Source: Candidatus Kerfeldbacteria bacterium (lineage in GTDB: Bacteria > Patescibacteriota > Patescibacteriia > SBBC01). Taken from it: a stretch of DNA of 64,000 bases. Position 1 is the first letter of the stretch; each line of letters opens with the position of its first letter. Made by a program: the position numbers and the translations under genes. The stretch is from contig JAZDNT010000001.1 in assembly GCA_043799405.1 (NCBI GenBank), positions 25,752-89,751 of the forward strand. The letters are read 5' to 3'. Below the pieces are notes generated by a model. It worked only from the letters and a program-made list of their open reading frames with translations, was not told the origin of the DNA and searched no databases. Shown piece after piece: positions 20,427 to 29,527 of this stretch.

Positions 20427-20825
20427 ATGATGCTTTCAACAGACCCAATTGCAGATATGCTCTCGCGGATCCGTAACAGTATCCTTACGAAATCTCGTAG
20501 TGTAACTGTTCCGTATTCTCGGTCGAAGTACGCGGTCCTGAAGGTGCTTTCCGATGCAGGTTGGTTAGGAGGTATTGAACTGCAAGGACAACCTCCGCGA
20601 ACGATTTCTGTTACGATCAAGTACGACGAACAGGGCTCTAGCGTCATTCGTTCGATTAAGAGAATCAGCGTTCCCGGCCGTCGTATGTACGTCGGAAGGA
20701 CAGAACTTCCCATCGTCGTGAACAACTTTGGAATCGCTGTCATTTCAACTTCACAGGGCATGATGAGCAACCGCGAAGCTCGCCGTCGTAAGCTGGGTGG
20801 CGAGGTAATGTGTGAGGTATTCTGA
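20427..20825 (+). CDS. rpsH: 30S ribosomal protein S8
   Basis: DPIADMLSRIRN at ATG 20427; GGEVMCEVF C-terminus. Confidence 0.95.
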   Translation: MMLSTDPIADMLSRIRNSILTKSRSVTVPYSRSKYAVLKVLSDAGWLGGIELQGQPPRTISVTIKYDEQGSSVIRSIKRISVPGRRMYVGRTELPIVVNNFGIAVISTSQGMMSNREARRRKLGGEVMCEVF

Positions 20826-20826
20826 T

Positions 20827-21378
20827 ATGTCACGTGTTGGAAAAAAACCCGTACCGATCCCAGCAGGTGTCACCGTAACGATTGATAGCGGACGATGCAC
20901 AGTGAAGGGCCCGAAGGGAGAATTGAGCATAGCACTGCATCGTAACGTCGTTGTTAATGTGACGGATAGCGCCGTGAACGTAAACGTCGCGAATACCGAT
21001 GAGAAGCGCGATCGCGCTCTCTGGGGTCTCTACCGAATGCTCATTTCGAACTGTATCGATGGCGTACAGCGTGGTTTTAGTAAACAGCTCGAGGTTAAGG
21101 GAGTCGGGTACCGTGCATCGGTTGAAGGAAAGGACCTCGTTCTCAACCTTGGGTTTTCGCATCCTATCCGTTTCCCGATACCCGGCGGAATTGCGGTTAC
21201 CGTAGAAAAGAATATCATTACCGTGCAAGGAATAGACAAGCAGCACGTCGGTGAAATCGCAGCGATGATACGTCAGCTGCGCAAGCCAGAACCGTACAAG
21301 GGCAAGGGCATCCGGTACGTTGGTGAGTATGTCCGGCAGAAAGCCGGAAAAGTAGTAAAGACCGCAGGAGCGAAATAA
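20827..21378 (+). CDS. rplF: 50S ribosomal protein L6
   Basis: [15 protein letters not shown]; KGVGYRA; [11 protein letters not shown]. Confidence 0.96.
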   Translation: MSRVGKKPVPIPAGVTVTIDSGRCTVKGPKGELSIALHRNVVVNVTDSAVNVNVANTDEKRDRALWGLYRMLISNCIDGVQRGFSKQLEVKGVGYRASVEGKDLVLNLGFSHPIRFPIPGGIAVTVEKNIITVQGIDKQHVGEIAAMIRQLRKPEPYKGKGIRYVGEYVRQKAGKVVKTAGAK

Positions 21379-21379
21379 G

Positions 21380-21736
21380 ATGCAACGACACGATTCAAGA
21401 ATACGACGCCAGCGTCGACATAACCGTATTCGCGCGAGGGTCAAGGGTACGGCAGAACGTCCCCGGCTGTGTGTGTATAGGAGCCTGAAGCACCTGACCG
21501 CGCAGGTCATTGATGATGTCGCCGGTAAGACGCTTGCCGCAGCGTCCGATAAGGACGTTAGCAAGAAGCAATCCACTGCTACAGTAGTGATCGCAGCGGA
21601 GATCGGAACGCTGATCGCAAAACGCGCTAAAGACGCAGGAATTACGAGCGTTGTATTCGACCGCGGAGGACACGCTTACCACGGGCAGGTAAAGGCGCTT
21701 GCTGACGCAGCACGTACAGCAGGATTACAATTTTAA
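21380..21736 (+). CDS. rplR: 50S ribosomal protein L18
   Basis: [20 protein letters not shown]; [22 protein letters not shown]. Confidence 0.95.
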   Translation: MQRHDSRIRRQRRHNRIRARVKGTAERPRLCVYRSLKHLTAQVIDDVAGKTLAAASDKDVSKKQSTATVVIAAEIGTLIAKRAKDAGITSVVFDRGGHAYHGQVKALADAARTAGLQF

Positions 21737-21742
21737 TAACAT

Positions 21743-22270
21743 ATGTCTAGACTACCACAACGTCGTGCCGGGGGAAGACGCAGGGGAGACAATGCCCCGC
21801 GCGAAGAGAAAGAGTTTCAGCAGAAGGTGATCGATATTCGTCGCGTTGCCCGTGTCGTCGCAGGCGGTAAGCGCATGCGGTTCCGTGCATTGATCGCCAT
21901 CGGGGACGGGAAGGGCAGGATTGGAATCGGTATCGGGAAAGGGCTCGATGTAACGAGCGCTATAAGCAAGGGCGCAACCATCGCCCGTAAGAAGCTCGTG
22001 TCGATTCCGATCGTCGAAGAAACGATTCCCCATACTATCCGGGTGAAGTCGGGTGCAGCACTTGTTCTTCTGAAACCTGCACCAAAGGGAAGCGGTGTTA
22101 TCGCCGGCGGTCCGGTCAGGTCGCTCATGGAACTTGCTGGCGTTCGGAACGTCATTGCGAAGATGTTGGGCTCTTCGAACAAGATCAACAATGTGTACGC
22201 CGTCATGGATGCGTTCGGATTGCTTCAAACCCGTGAACAGCTTAAACGCAAGCTGCGAGGAGGAACGTAA
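21743..22270 (+). CDS. rpsE: 30S ribosomal protein S5
   Basis: V.DIRRVARVVAGGKRMRFRALIAIGDG.GR.G.G.GK. Confidence 0.96.
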   Translation: MSRLPQRRAGGRRRGDNAPREEKEFQQKVIDIRRVARVVAGGKRMRFRALIAIGDGKGRIGIGIGKGLDVTSAISKGATIARKKLVSIPIVEETIPHTIRVKSGAALVLLKPAPKGSGVIAGGPVRSLMELAGVRNVIAKMLGSSNKINNVYAVMDAFGLLQTREQLKRKLRGGT

Positions 22271-22755
22271 TGCCTCTCTCTCTTCATACACTAACTGCTA
22301 AGCCCGGCTCGCGCCGGCAACGGAGGCGTGTCGGCAGAGGTAACGGCTCTCGAGGTTCCTACAGTGGCCGCGGCGCAAAGGGACAGCGCTCACGAACCGG
22401 TGGCCGTCGGGGCCTCATACGACGGAGCCTTCGCTCGCTGATGGAACGGGTGCCGAAGCAGCGTGGCTTCAAAGCACAGGCTGAAAAGTGTGCAATTGTA
22501 AGCGTTTCAAACCTTGAACGGACGTGTATGGCAAATGAAACAGTAACTCCGGCTTCGCTCATTGAGAAGCATCTTATCGAAACACCAGGTCGTGGAATAA
22601 AAGTACTCGGCGGGAGCGCGCTTACGAAACCAATCACAGTCTACGCGCATGCGTTTTCCCGATCTGCAAAGGAATCGATCGAGAAAGCTGGCGGGAAAGC
22701 TGTGCTTCTCGAAGGCAGAAAACGAGATGAGAGCGCTAACGCAAAACGTAAGTAA
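22270..22755 (+). CDS. rplO: 50S ribosomal protein L15 (follows rpsE directly; no rpmD)
   Basis: RVGRGNGSRGSYSGRGAKGQ.SR.G. Confidence 0.93.
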   Translation: MPLSLHTLTAKPGSRRQRRRVGRGNGSRGSYSGRGAKGQRSRTGGRRGLIRRSLRSLMERVPKQRGFKAQAEKCAIVSVSNLERTCMANETVTPASLIEKHLIETPGRGIKVLGGSALTKPITVYAHAFSRSAKESIEKAGGKAVLLEGRKRDESANAKRK

Positions 22756-22771
22756 TATTCACGGAGGATAG

Positions 22772-24046
22772 GTGTTAGAGAAACTCACACAAATATGGCG
22801 CGTTCGTGACCTTCGCATGAAGGTGCTTTTCGTACTGGTGATGCTTTTCATTTTTCGAGTGGTCGCGCATATCCCGATACCCGGCGTTGACATCGTTGCG
22901 TTACGGAATTTTTTCAACTCGAACCAGCTCTTCGGCCTCTTGAACGTGTTTTCAGGCGGTGGGTATGATTCGTTCTCGTTGGTCATGCTCGGTGTTGGTC
23001 CCTACATCACGTCATCGATTATTTTCCAGCTCTTGACGATGATCATACCAGCGCTCGAACGGCTCCAGAAGGAGGGGGAGCAGGGGCAGCAGCGCATCAA
23101 CCAGTGGCAGCGACTCCTTACCGTTCCGCTCGCCGCACTCCAGGCATTCGCCACTATCACACTGCTACGACAGCAGGGAAGGGGGATCGTCCCCGAATTG
23201 TCGAGGTTTGACCTCGCCGCCGCGATCATCGCAATAACGGCGGGTACGATCTTCCTTATGTGGATCGGCGAGCTCATAAGTGAGAAAAAGATCGGTAATG
23301 GGATATCCCTGATAATCTTCGCCGGTATCGTCGCGCGGATCCCGACAACCCTTCAGCAGACGGTGACCGTCTTTGACCCTACGAAAACGTTCACGTACCT
23401 CCTCATTCTCGCCGTATTTCTCTTGACCATTGCAGCGATCGTTTTCATTACCGAGGCACAACGGAACATACCGGTGTCGTATGCACGGAGGATTCGTGGT
23501 AATAGGGTGTTCGGTGGCGTTGACACGCACCTGCCTCTTCGCGTGAACCAGGCCGGAGTGATCCCGATCATTTTTGCGGTCTCGCTTGTCGTCTTTCCGC
23601 CGCTCATAGCTCAGTTTTTTCAGCATTCTCAGTACGGATGGCTTGCGGCGATTGCCGTCAAAACGATCGCGCTGTTCCAGAACCCATTGTTCTACGCAGC
23701 GATCTACTTTTTCCTTGTCGTAGCTTTTACGTACTTCTATACCTCGGTCGTATTCCATCCGCAGCAGATAGCCGAGAACCTCCAGAAGCAGGGCGGTTTC
23801 ATACCCGGCATTCGACCGGGACAGAATACCGCTGACTACCTCAGTTACGTTTCGAACCGCATCATGCTTGCAGGCGCCCTGTTCCTCGGTACCATTGCGA
23901 TACTACCGAACATCATGGAGCAATTATCGAACATTAAAACGCTCGTGATCGGGGGTACCAGCCTACTCATCGTCGTTGCAGTCGTTATCGAAACCGTCAA
24001 GCAGATCGACGCACAGCTTGTGATGCGCGACTATGAAGGGTTTTAA
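22772..24046 (+). CDS. secY: preprotein translocase subunit SecY
   Basis: 10-TM protein, FSGGGYDSFSLVMLGVGPYITSSIIFQLL, GTIFLMWIGE.I. Confidence 0.96.
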   Translation: MLEKLTQIWRVRDLRMKVLFVLVMLFIFRVVAHIPIPGVDIVALRNFFNSNQLFGLLNVFSGGGYDSFSLVMLGVGPYITSSIIFQLLTMIIPALERLQKEGEQGQQRINQWQRLLTVPLAALQAFATITLLRQQGRGIVPELSRFDLAAAIIAITAGTIFLMWIGELISEKKIGNGISLIIFAGIVARIPTTLQQTVTVFDPTKTFTYLLILAVFLLTIAAIVFITEAQRNIPVSYARRIRGNRVFGGVDTHLPLRVNQAGVIPIIFAVSLVVFPPLIAQFFQHSQYGWLAAIAVKTIALFQNPLFYAAIYFFLVVAFTYFYTSVVFHPQQIAENLQKQGGFIPGIRPGQNTADYLSYVSNRIMLAGALFLGTIAILPNIMEQLSNIKTLVIGGTSLLIVVAVVIETVKQIDAQLVMRDYEGF

Positions 24047-24051
24047 AAAAA

Positions 24052-24160
24052 CATTTGACATGTGACATTTGACTGTTGATTTGTTGGCTTGTGTAATTCG
24101 TCTGGTCAAAGGTCAATCGTCAAATGTCAAAAGTCATATGTCAAACGTCAGACGTCATCG
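24052..24160. repeat. inverted pair of heptad arrays: about 5x (T)TTGACA then 8x GTCAAAN
   Basis: Left arm 24054-24088: tttgaca tgtgaca tttgact gttgatt tgttggc. Right arm 24105-24160: gtcaaag gtcaatc gtcaaat gtcaaaa gtcatat gtcaaac gtcagac gtcatcg. The right arm overlaps the adk start. Confidence 0.8.
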
Positions 24161-24800
24161 AACACCGCTTCGGATCGCCATCCTCGGGCCGCAGGGTTCT
24201 GGCAAAGGAACCCAGGCAGAGCTACTGTCCCGGAGGTTTCGCATACCGCACATCTCGACCGGGGACATCTTTCGGGATCATATGAAGCGCCGGACGCCTA
24301 TCGGCCACAAGGTGAAGAAGCTCGTCGACGCTGGAACTCTAGTGCCGGAGACGCTGGTATTGAGGGTCGTGAGGGAACGCCTGAACAAGCCTGACTGTAA
24401 AAATGGCTTTATTTTTGACGGTTTCCCTCGGACGATCCCACAGGCACGGTTTCTCTCAGCATTGTTCGATGATGAGTATCTCGTCATCGTTCTGGAACTC
24501 TCAGATCGAGAGGCAATCCAACGGTTGAGCGGTAGGCGACTAGGACCGGACGGAACCATCTACCATGTAAAGTACAGACCGGCGCCGAAATCGATCAGGA
24601 AATTTCTTGTCATCCGTGATGACGAAAAGCCCGCAGCAGTGAAGCACAGGCTCCGCCAGTATCGAGCACTGACCGTTCCGCTCGTGCAATGGTATGAGAA
24701 ACGGGGGATGCTGGTACGAATCGATGCACAACCTTCCATTGCTACGATCGCAAAAAAAATCTCCCGGGTCGTCTCTCGTCGATTGGCCGCTTCTACATGA
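24138..24800 (+). CDS. adk: adenylate kinase
   Basis: RIAILGPQGSGKGTQA..L, GFIFDGFPRT. The start is taken at ATG 24138, inside the heptad array. Confidence 0.9.
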   Translation: MSNVRRHRTPLRIAILGPQGSGKGTQAELLSRRFRIPHISTGDIFRDHMKRRTPIGHKVKKLVDAGTLVPETLVLRVVRERLNKPDCKNGFIFDGFPRTIPQARFLSALFDDEYLVIVLELSDREAIQRLSGRRLGPDGTIYHVKYRPAPKSIRKFLVIRDDEKPAAVKHRLRQYRALTVPLVQWYEKRGMLVRIDAQPSIATIAKKISRVVSRRLAAST

Positions 24801-25564
24801 AGGGATTTACAGCGCTCACAAAAAGCGAGCTTGATGCGCTTTCGGTCAGTGGAAGCGTTCTATCGCGTGCGCTTAAAGCTGTGGTGAACGCGGTAAGAGC
24901 CGGAGTTTCAACAAAGGAACTCGATCTCATCGCTGATCATGAAATAAAGAGCGCAGGCGCGGTCCCTTCATTTTTAGGATACAATGGGTACCCCGCGAGT
25001 CTCTGCGTGTCCATTAACGATGAGGTGGTCCACGGGATTCCTAAAAAGGAACGAGTTCTTCATGACGGTGATGTCGTCGGGCTTGATCTCGGCGCATCGT
25101 ACAAAGGCATCCATACAGATATGGCAACGACTGTATACGTTGGTAAACATATTTTTCCCGACGTCCTGCGACTGCTCACAACGACGCGCAATGCCCTTGA
25201 TGCTGCGTTAGCAATGCTACGTCCCGGTATCACGACCGGCGATATCGGTTCGGCCGTACAGCATATCGTTGAATCAGACGGATTCAGCGTTGTACGCGAA
25301 CTCGTTGGCCATGGCGTTGGACGGAGCATACACGAGGAACCGGCGATACCGAACTTTGGTAGTGCTGGGAGCGGAGAGCGGATCGTCGAGGGAATGGTTC
25401 TTGCGATTGAACCGATGGTGACCGAGGGCGGCTACGCGGTTGTCACTGATAGTGACGGGTGGACAGTACGGACGAAGGATGGGACACGCGCAGCGCATGA
25501 AGAGCGTACGGTTTTAGTTAGCAGGAACGGTTGCCGAATAGTAACTCCATGGAACCATGGGTAA
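24797..25564 (+). CDS. map: type I methionine aminopeptidase
   Basis: VHGIP, D.G..Y.G.H.D...T, HG.G...HE.P, EPM. Confidence 0.95.
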   Translation: MKGFTALTKSELDALSVSGSVLSRALKAVVNAVRAGVSTKELDLIADHEIKSAGAVPSFLGYNGYPASLCVSINDEVVHGIPKKERVLHDGDVVGLDLGASYKGIHTDMATTVYVGKHIFPDVLRLLTTTRNALDAALAMLRPGITTGDIGSAVQHIVESDGFSVVRELVGHGVGRSIHEEPAIPNFGSAGSGERIVEGMVLAIEPMVTEGGYAVVTDSDGWTVRTKDGTRAAHEERTVLVSRNGCRIVTPWNHG

Positions 25565-25958
25565 ATTACTTGCACTCGACTATGGAACGAGGCGTGTCGG
25601 AATCGCAATAAGCGATGAGACCCACTCGCATGTTTTTATCCGCAAAACGATCGATTTAGGGAGTACAAAGAAGCTTACAGTTGCGCTTACGGAATTGGTG
25701 CGCGTTGAGGATGTTGAAAAGTTGGTGTTCGGCTTACCGCTGTCGCTCGACGGATCAGAAGGACCTCAGGCAGCTTCGATCAGGGCTGTTGCTACTAGGA
25801 TCTCCAGTACACTGCGTATCCCAGTAGAGTTCGAGGATGAACGGTACACCTCATCGTACGCCGATCGTTTTAAGGGTAGCTCGGGAGATCGTGACAGCAT
25901 TGCAGCGGCAGCGATCCTCGAGTCGTACCTCGAACGTACAGCTCGGAGGACACCATGA
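25557..25958 (+). CDS. ruvX: putative pre-16S rRNA nuclease / Holliday junction resolvase YqgF
   Basis: LLALDYGTRRVGIAISD; GLPLSLDGSEG; DERYTS. Confidence 0.88.
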   Translation: MGKLLALDYGTRRVGIAISDETHSHVFIRKTIDLGSTKKLTVALTELVRVEDVEKLVFGLPLSLDGSEGPQAASIRAVATRISSTLRIPVEFEDERYTSSYADRFKGSSGDRDSIAAAAILESYLERTARRTP

Positions 25959-27052
25959 GCGCGCTGCTGTTTGGATTCATCATTACCGTGATCGCAACGG
26001 TTATCGTGAGGCGCATTGCGCTGCGGTACAACATCGTCGATCAACCAGAGGTAGCGCCGGAGCGGAAGGTTCATACTCGCGCAACGCCACTCCTCGGAGG
26101 AATAGCGATCTTCGTTGGATTCTTCGTAACTGTCGCGATACTGAGCCAGTCTTCCGGGGTTGTGACAGGCGTCGGAGTGCTTCCAAAGTACCTCTGGGGT
26201 TTGTTAATTGGTAGTAGTATCCTTATGATCGGCGGGTACCTTGACGATCGATACCGGCTTTCGCCCGGCGTCCAGATTCTGTTCCCGCTCGCTGCGACGC
26301 TTGTGATCATCGGCAGCGGTATCGGCGTTCGCTTCATCACGAACCCGTTCGGAGGCGTCATCCGTCTTGATACGGTCAATGTCGGTCTCTTTTCATGGCA
26401 CGGCGTGACTTATCACCTTACGTTGTGGGCTGATATCTTCACGTTCGTCTGGATCCTTGGCATGACGTATACGACGAAGTTCCTCGACGGGCTTGATGGG
26501 TTAGTGTCGGGCATAACCGCCATCGGCAGCATCATCGTCTATGTTCTTTCGGTCCGTCCTCCTGTCATGCAGAACGATACTGCCAACCTTGCCATAATTC
26601 TTGCAGGAGTGTGCCTCGGATTCCTGATCTTTAACTGGCATCCGGCTCGGATCTTCCTCGGTGAAGGCGGTTCACTCCTGACAGGATTCCTTCTCGGTTC
26701 GCTCGCGATCATCTCCGGAGGAAAGATAGCGACTGCGCTCTTGATCATGGGAATCCCCATCCTCGACGTTGCGTGGGTCATCATCAGGCGTGTATTCATT
26801 GAGCATCGCTCGCCGTTCCGTACGTCCGACAGGAAACACCTGCACTTTCGGTTGCTTGATGTCGGGTTCTCTCACCGTGGGTCTGTTGTGTTTCTCTATG
26901 CGCTCACGGCGATTTTCGGCGCAACGACACTGTTTTTCCACGGCATACAGAAGCTTATCGCGTTGCTCTGCCTCGTTGCTGTAATGGTTATCCTGGGGAT
27001 CTTCTTAGTTCTCGCCGTTCGGCGTAGAAACGCCTCAAGTACCACGCTATGA
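25955..27052 (+). CDS. glycosyltransferase family 4 polyprenyl-phosphate HexNAc-1-P transferase (WecA/MraY family)
   Basis: About 10 TM segments, KVHTRATPLLGG, TKFLDGLDGL, IFLGEGGS. Confidence 0.8.
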   Translation: MSALLFGFIITVIATVIVRRIALRYNIVDQPEVAPERKVHTRATPLLGGIAIFVGFFVTVAILSQSSGVVTGVGVLPKYLWGLLIGSSILMIGGYLDDRYRLSPGVQILFPLAATLVIIGSGIGVRFITNPFGGVIRLDTVNVGLFSWHGVTYHLTLWADIFTFVWILGMTYTTKFLDGLDGLVSGITAIGSIIVYVLSVRPPVMQNDTANLAIILAGVCLGFLIFNWHPARIFLGEGGSLLTGFLLGSLAIISGGKIATALLIMGIPILDVAWVIIRRVFIEHRSPFRTSDRKHLHFRLLDVGFSHRGSVVFLYALTAIFGATTLFFHGIQKLIALLCLVAVMVILGIFLVLAVRRRNASSTTL

Positions 27053-27555
27053 GAAAAGGATTCCTTCTCTTCGTCTTTATCGCAATCTTCGTTTTAGCGG
27101 CGCTCATAGGCTTTTCCGGCATCGACCTTCGGACTGAAATAAAGCAACTCTTTAACCGAAACACGCAGCCGCAAAGCTCGACAGCAACGGTCATTTTTCC
27201 TACGGTAACGGTACGTGCAGAGGTTGCCCGGACACCGGAAGAACAATCGCGGGGTCTTTCAGGACGAGCGTCTCTTGCAGATGGTACGGGCATGCTGTTC
27301 GTGTACGATACGCCCGGCATCCATCAGTTTTGGATGAATGGGATGAAGTTCCCGCTTGATTTTATCTGGATCAATAACGGCATCGTCATCGGTTTTACCG
27401 AGAAGGTTCCGGTCCCGTCCGGAACGTCTCCGATACTAAAACCACCAAGCCCCGTAACCCATGTTCTCGAGGTACCATCGGGTTTCGTATTAACACATCG
27501 GATTATTACCGGCGCGAACGTGACGCTCACGTTTGACGAAAAAACCGGCGGGTGA
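27049..27555 (+). CDS. DUF192-like secreted/anchored protein
   Basis: N-terminal TM, RGLSGR..L....GMLFVY......FWM.GM.FPLD.IWI. Confidence 0.7.
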   Translation: MRKGFLLFVFIAIFVLAALIGFSGIDLRTEIKQLFNRNTQPQSSTATVIFPTVTVRAEVARTPEEQSRGLSGRASLADGTGMLFVYDTPGIHQFWMNGMKFPLDFIWINNGIVIGFTEKVPVPSGTSPILKPPSPVTHVLEVPSGFVLTHRIITGANVTLTFDEKTGG

Positions 27556-27587
27556 TACACTGCACCTCTAGAAAAAAGAACGATCCT

Positions 27588-27902
27588 ATGTTTGCAGTAA
27601 TCGAAATCGGCGGAAAGCAGTACAACGTCCGTGAGGGCATGCTTCTTAACGTAGAAAAACTCGGGGGGAAATCCGGCGATACGGTCACCATTGACCGCGT
27701 TCTTCTGACGTCAGACGGGGAAACCTCGCACATCGGCCAGCCGTACGTATCGAACGCGGTCGTACAAGCTACGATCGTGCGCGAGTTTCGCGACAAGAAG
27801 ACGACCGTATTAAAGTATAAATCGAAGGTACGCTACCGGAAGAAGTTCGGACATCGCCAGACGCTGACGCAGTTGAAGGTGACCTCGATTTCTGCGTCGT
27901 AA
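27588..27902 (+). CDS. rplU: 50S ribosomal protein L21
   Basis: MFAVIEIGGKQY.V..G; KYK.K.RYRKK.GHRQ. Confidence 0.93.
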   Translation: MFAVIEIGGKQYNVREGMLLNVEKLGGKSGDTVTIDRVLLTSDGETSHIGQPYVSNAVVQATIVREFRDKKTTVLKYKSKVRYRKKFGHRQTLTQLKVTSISAS

Positions 27903-27915
27903 TCGGGAGTATCCG

Positions 27916-28515
27916 CTATACTCGAAGACGGCCTTTGAGCGCGTTGGCGACGGTCACTTCGTCAGCGTATTCGAGCGTTGCGCCCATCGGCAGCCCCTTA
28001 CCGAGACGGCTTACGGTTACATGCGTCGGCTCGATGATCTTTCGCAAATGGAGCGCCGTCGTCTCTCCTTCCATGTCGGGATTTGTCGCAATGATGACCT
28101 CCCTGATCTTTTCCTTTCGTATCCGCGCAACGAGCGGCGCGATGTTCAGCGTATCCGGCGTTTGCCCCTCGATAGGGTTCAGTACGCCGCCGAGCACGTG
28201 GTACCGTCCGTGGAACTCGCCGCTCTGCTCGATTACGGCAACGTCGGTCGTTTCCGCGACGACGCAGAGGATTGAACGGTCACGGTTGTGATCCCGGTCA
28301 ATGCGACACGGCGAGGATTCGTCGATCATTCCGCATACCTCGCACCGTACAACAGCGGTCGGGAGAGCGCTAATCATGGCTGATAGCCGTTCAAGATCCT
28401 TCGGTGACTGGCGGATGAGGTAAAAGGCATACCGTTGTGCGCTCTTTTCCCCGACACCGGGAAATTTACGAAACGTTTCGACGAGATCACGCAACGGGCG
28501 AGGAAGTCCGCTCAT
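27916..28515 (-). CDS. recR: recombination protein RecR
   Basis: FPGVGEKSAQR, the C..C....C..C Zn finger, a Toprim region (ATNPDMEGETTA). Confidence 0.95.
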   Translation of the reverse strand: MSGLPRPLRDLVETFRKFPGVGEKSAQRYAFYLIRQSPKDLERLSAMISALPTAVVRCEVCGMIDESSPCRIDRDHNRDRSILCVVAETTDVAVIEQSGEFHGRYHVLGGVLNPIEGQTPDTLNIAPLVARIRKEKIREVIIATNPDMEGETTALHLRKIIEPTHVTVSRLGKGLPMGATLEYADEVTVANALKGRLRV

Positions 28516-28522
28516 TTGTTAG

Positions 28523-28822
28523 TTAGGTAATGCTCGGCAGGTTTAAGCCGGGCGTGTTCTTGAGCGTTTGCGCCATTTCCGTCTGCGATTTCTTTACCGC
28601 ATCATTCACCGCGGAAATAATGTGCTTTTGGAGCTGTTCGCGTCCTTCTGTCCGCAGGCTGTCCGGATCGATCTCGATGCCGATGAGCTGCTGGTTCCCG
28701 TCCATAACGACCTGTACATGACCATTGTCGGACGATGCATGGACCGTCACTTCCCGGAGCTTACTTTGTATCGTCTTCGCTTTATCGCGGAGGTCTTTGT
28801 ACTGCTTCAGTTTTTCGAACAT
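28523..28822 (-). CDS. YbaB/EbfC nucleoid-associated protein
   Basis: MFEKLKQYKDLRDKAKTIQSKL...G.V.V.MDG.Q....I.IDP, directly upstream of recR. Confidence 0.85.
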   Translation of the reverse strand: MFEKLKQYKDLRDKAKTIQSKLREVTVHASSDNGHVQVVMDGNQQLIGIEIDPDSLRTEGREQLQKHIISAVNDAVKKSQTEMAQTLKNTPGLNLPSIT

Positions 28823-28999
28823 AGTAGTGTGGTTCAATGGTAAGTGCAGCAATCAGTATAGCATGCGGCGGGGACGCACGGGAGAGCATGCGGCGCGACC
28901 TTGACTATCGAGGCACCTCGGAATAGGGTTGAGCCAGTAACGGTTCCGGTTGTCGTTCGTCCCACATCAATCCACGATCTGCGGGGGAGGTGAATACCG

Positions 29000-29443
29000 A
29001 TGGAGCTCAAGGAGTTGCTGCCCGTGGTAACGCAGTGGTTCGGTACCGACTGTTCCGCGCAGAAGTGGCGCAGCGCGGTCGGCATTCCGTTCAGCGTTCC
29101 GCTGACCCTTGGCGGACGCGCGGTGCCCATGCTCGTTGAGACGCTTCGCGCGATGTTGGGCGTACTCAACATCCTCACGGTCAATGAGCGTGAGTGCGTG
29201 TCTCGGTCGTTCGAGCGGTGCCTCATCGAGGTCGTCAGCGCGACGGAGTTGCCGCCGAGCAGCTGGATCGAGGTGCAGCTGTTCATCGTCTCATCGTCGC
29301 AGGTCGTCATCGGCATCTTCCACGAGGGTACGGAGCGCATTCCGCAGGTGGAAGACGTTGGACAGTACGGCGAAGCCATCGGTATCGGGAAAGGGCTCTG
29401 CGTCGAGCTGTTCCGTATGCCGGAGCTGCCTGCATGCGCGTGA
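29000..29443 (+). CDS. hypothetical protein (GC-rich orphan between ybaB and dnaB)
   Basis: GGAGGTG sits 7 nt before the ATG. The composition is balanced, whereas the overlapping frames are Arg/Ser junk. No family recognised. Confidence 0.55.
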   Translation: MELKELLPVVTQWFGTDCSAQKWRSAVGIPFSVPLTLGGRAVPMLVETLRAMLGVLNILTVNERECVSRSFERCLIEVVSATELPPSSWIEVQLFIVSSSQVVIGIFHEGTERIPQVEDVGQYGEAIGIGKGLCVELFRMPELPACA

Positions 29444-29527
29444 GTCAACCCGCGTTCATGGGGGTGATCATTCGAAGGAGGGTCGTACCGATCGGTGCGG
29501 CCCCCCTTCTTCGTATAGTTGCGTAAT

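Noticed and set aside
24052-24160. CRISPR array or coding repeat interpretation of the heptad arrays
   Set aside because: The period is 7 nt with no spacers, far too short for CRISPR. A 7-nt period breaks the reading frame, so the SNVKSHMSNV peptide in the long track ORF is a by-product.
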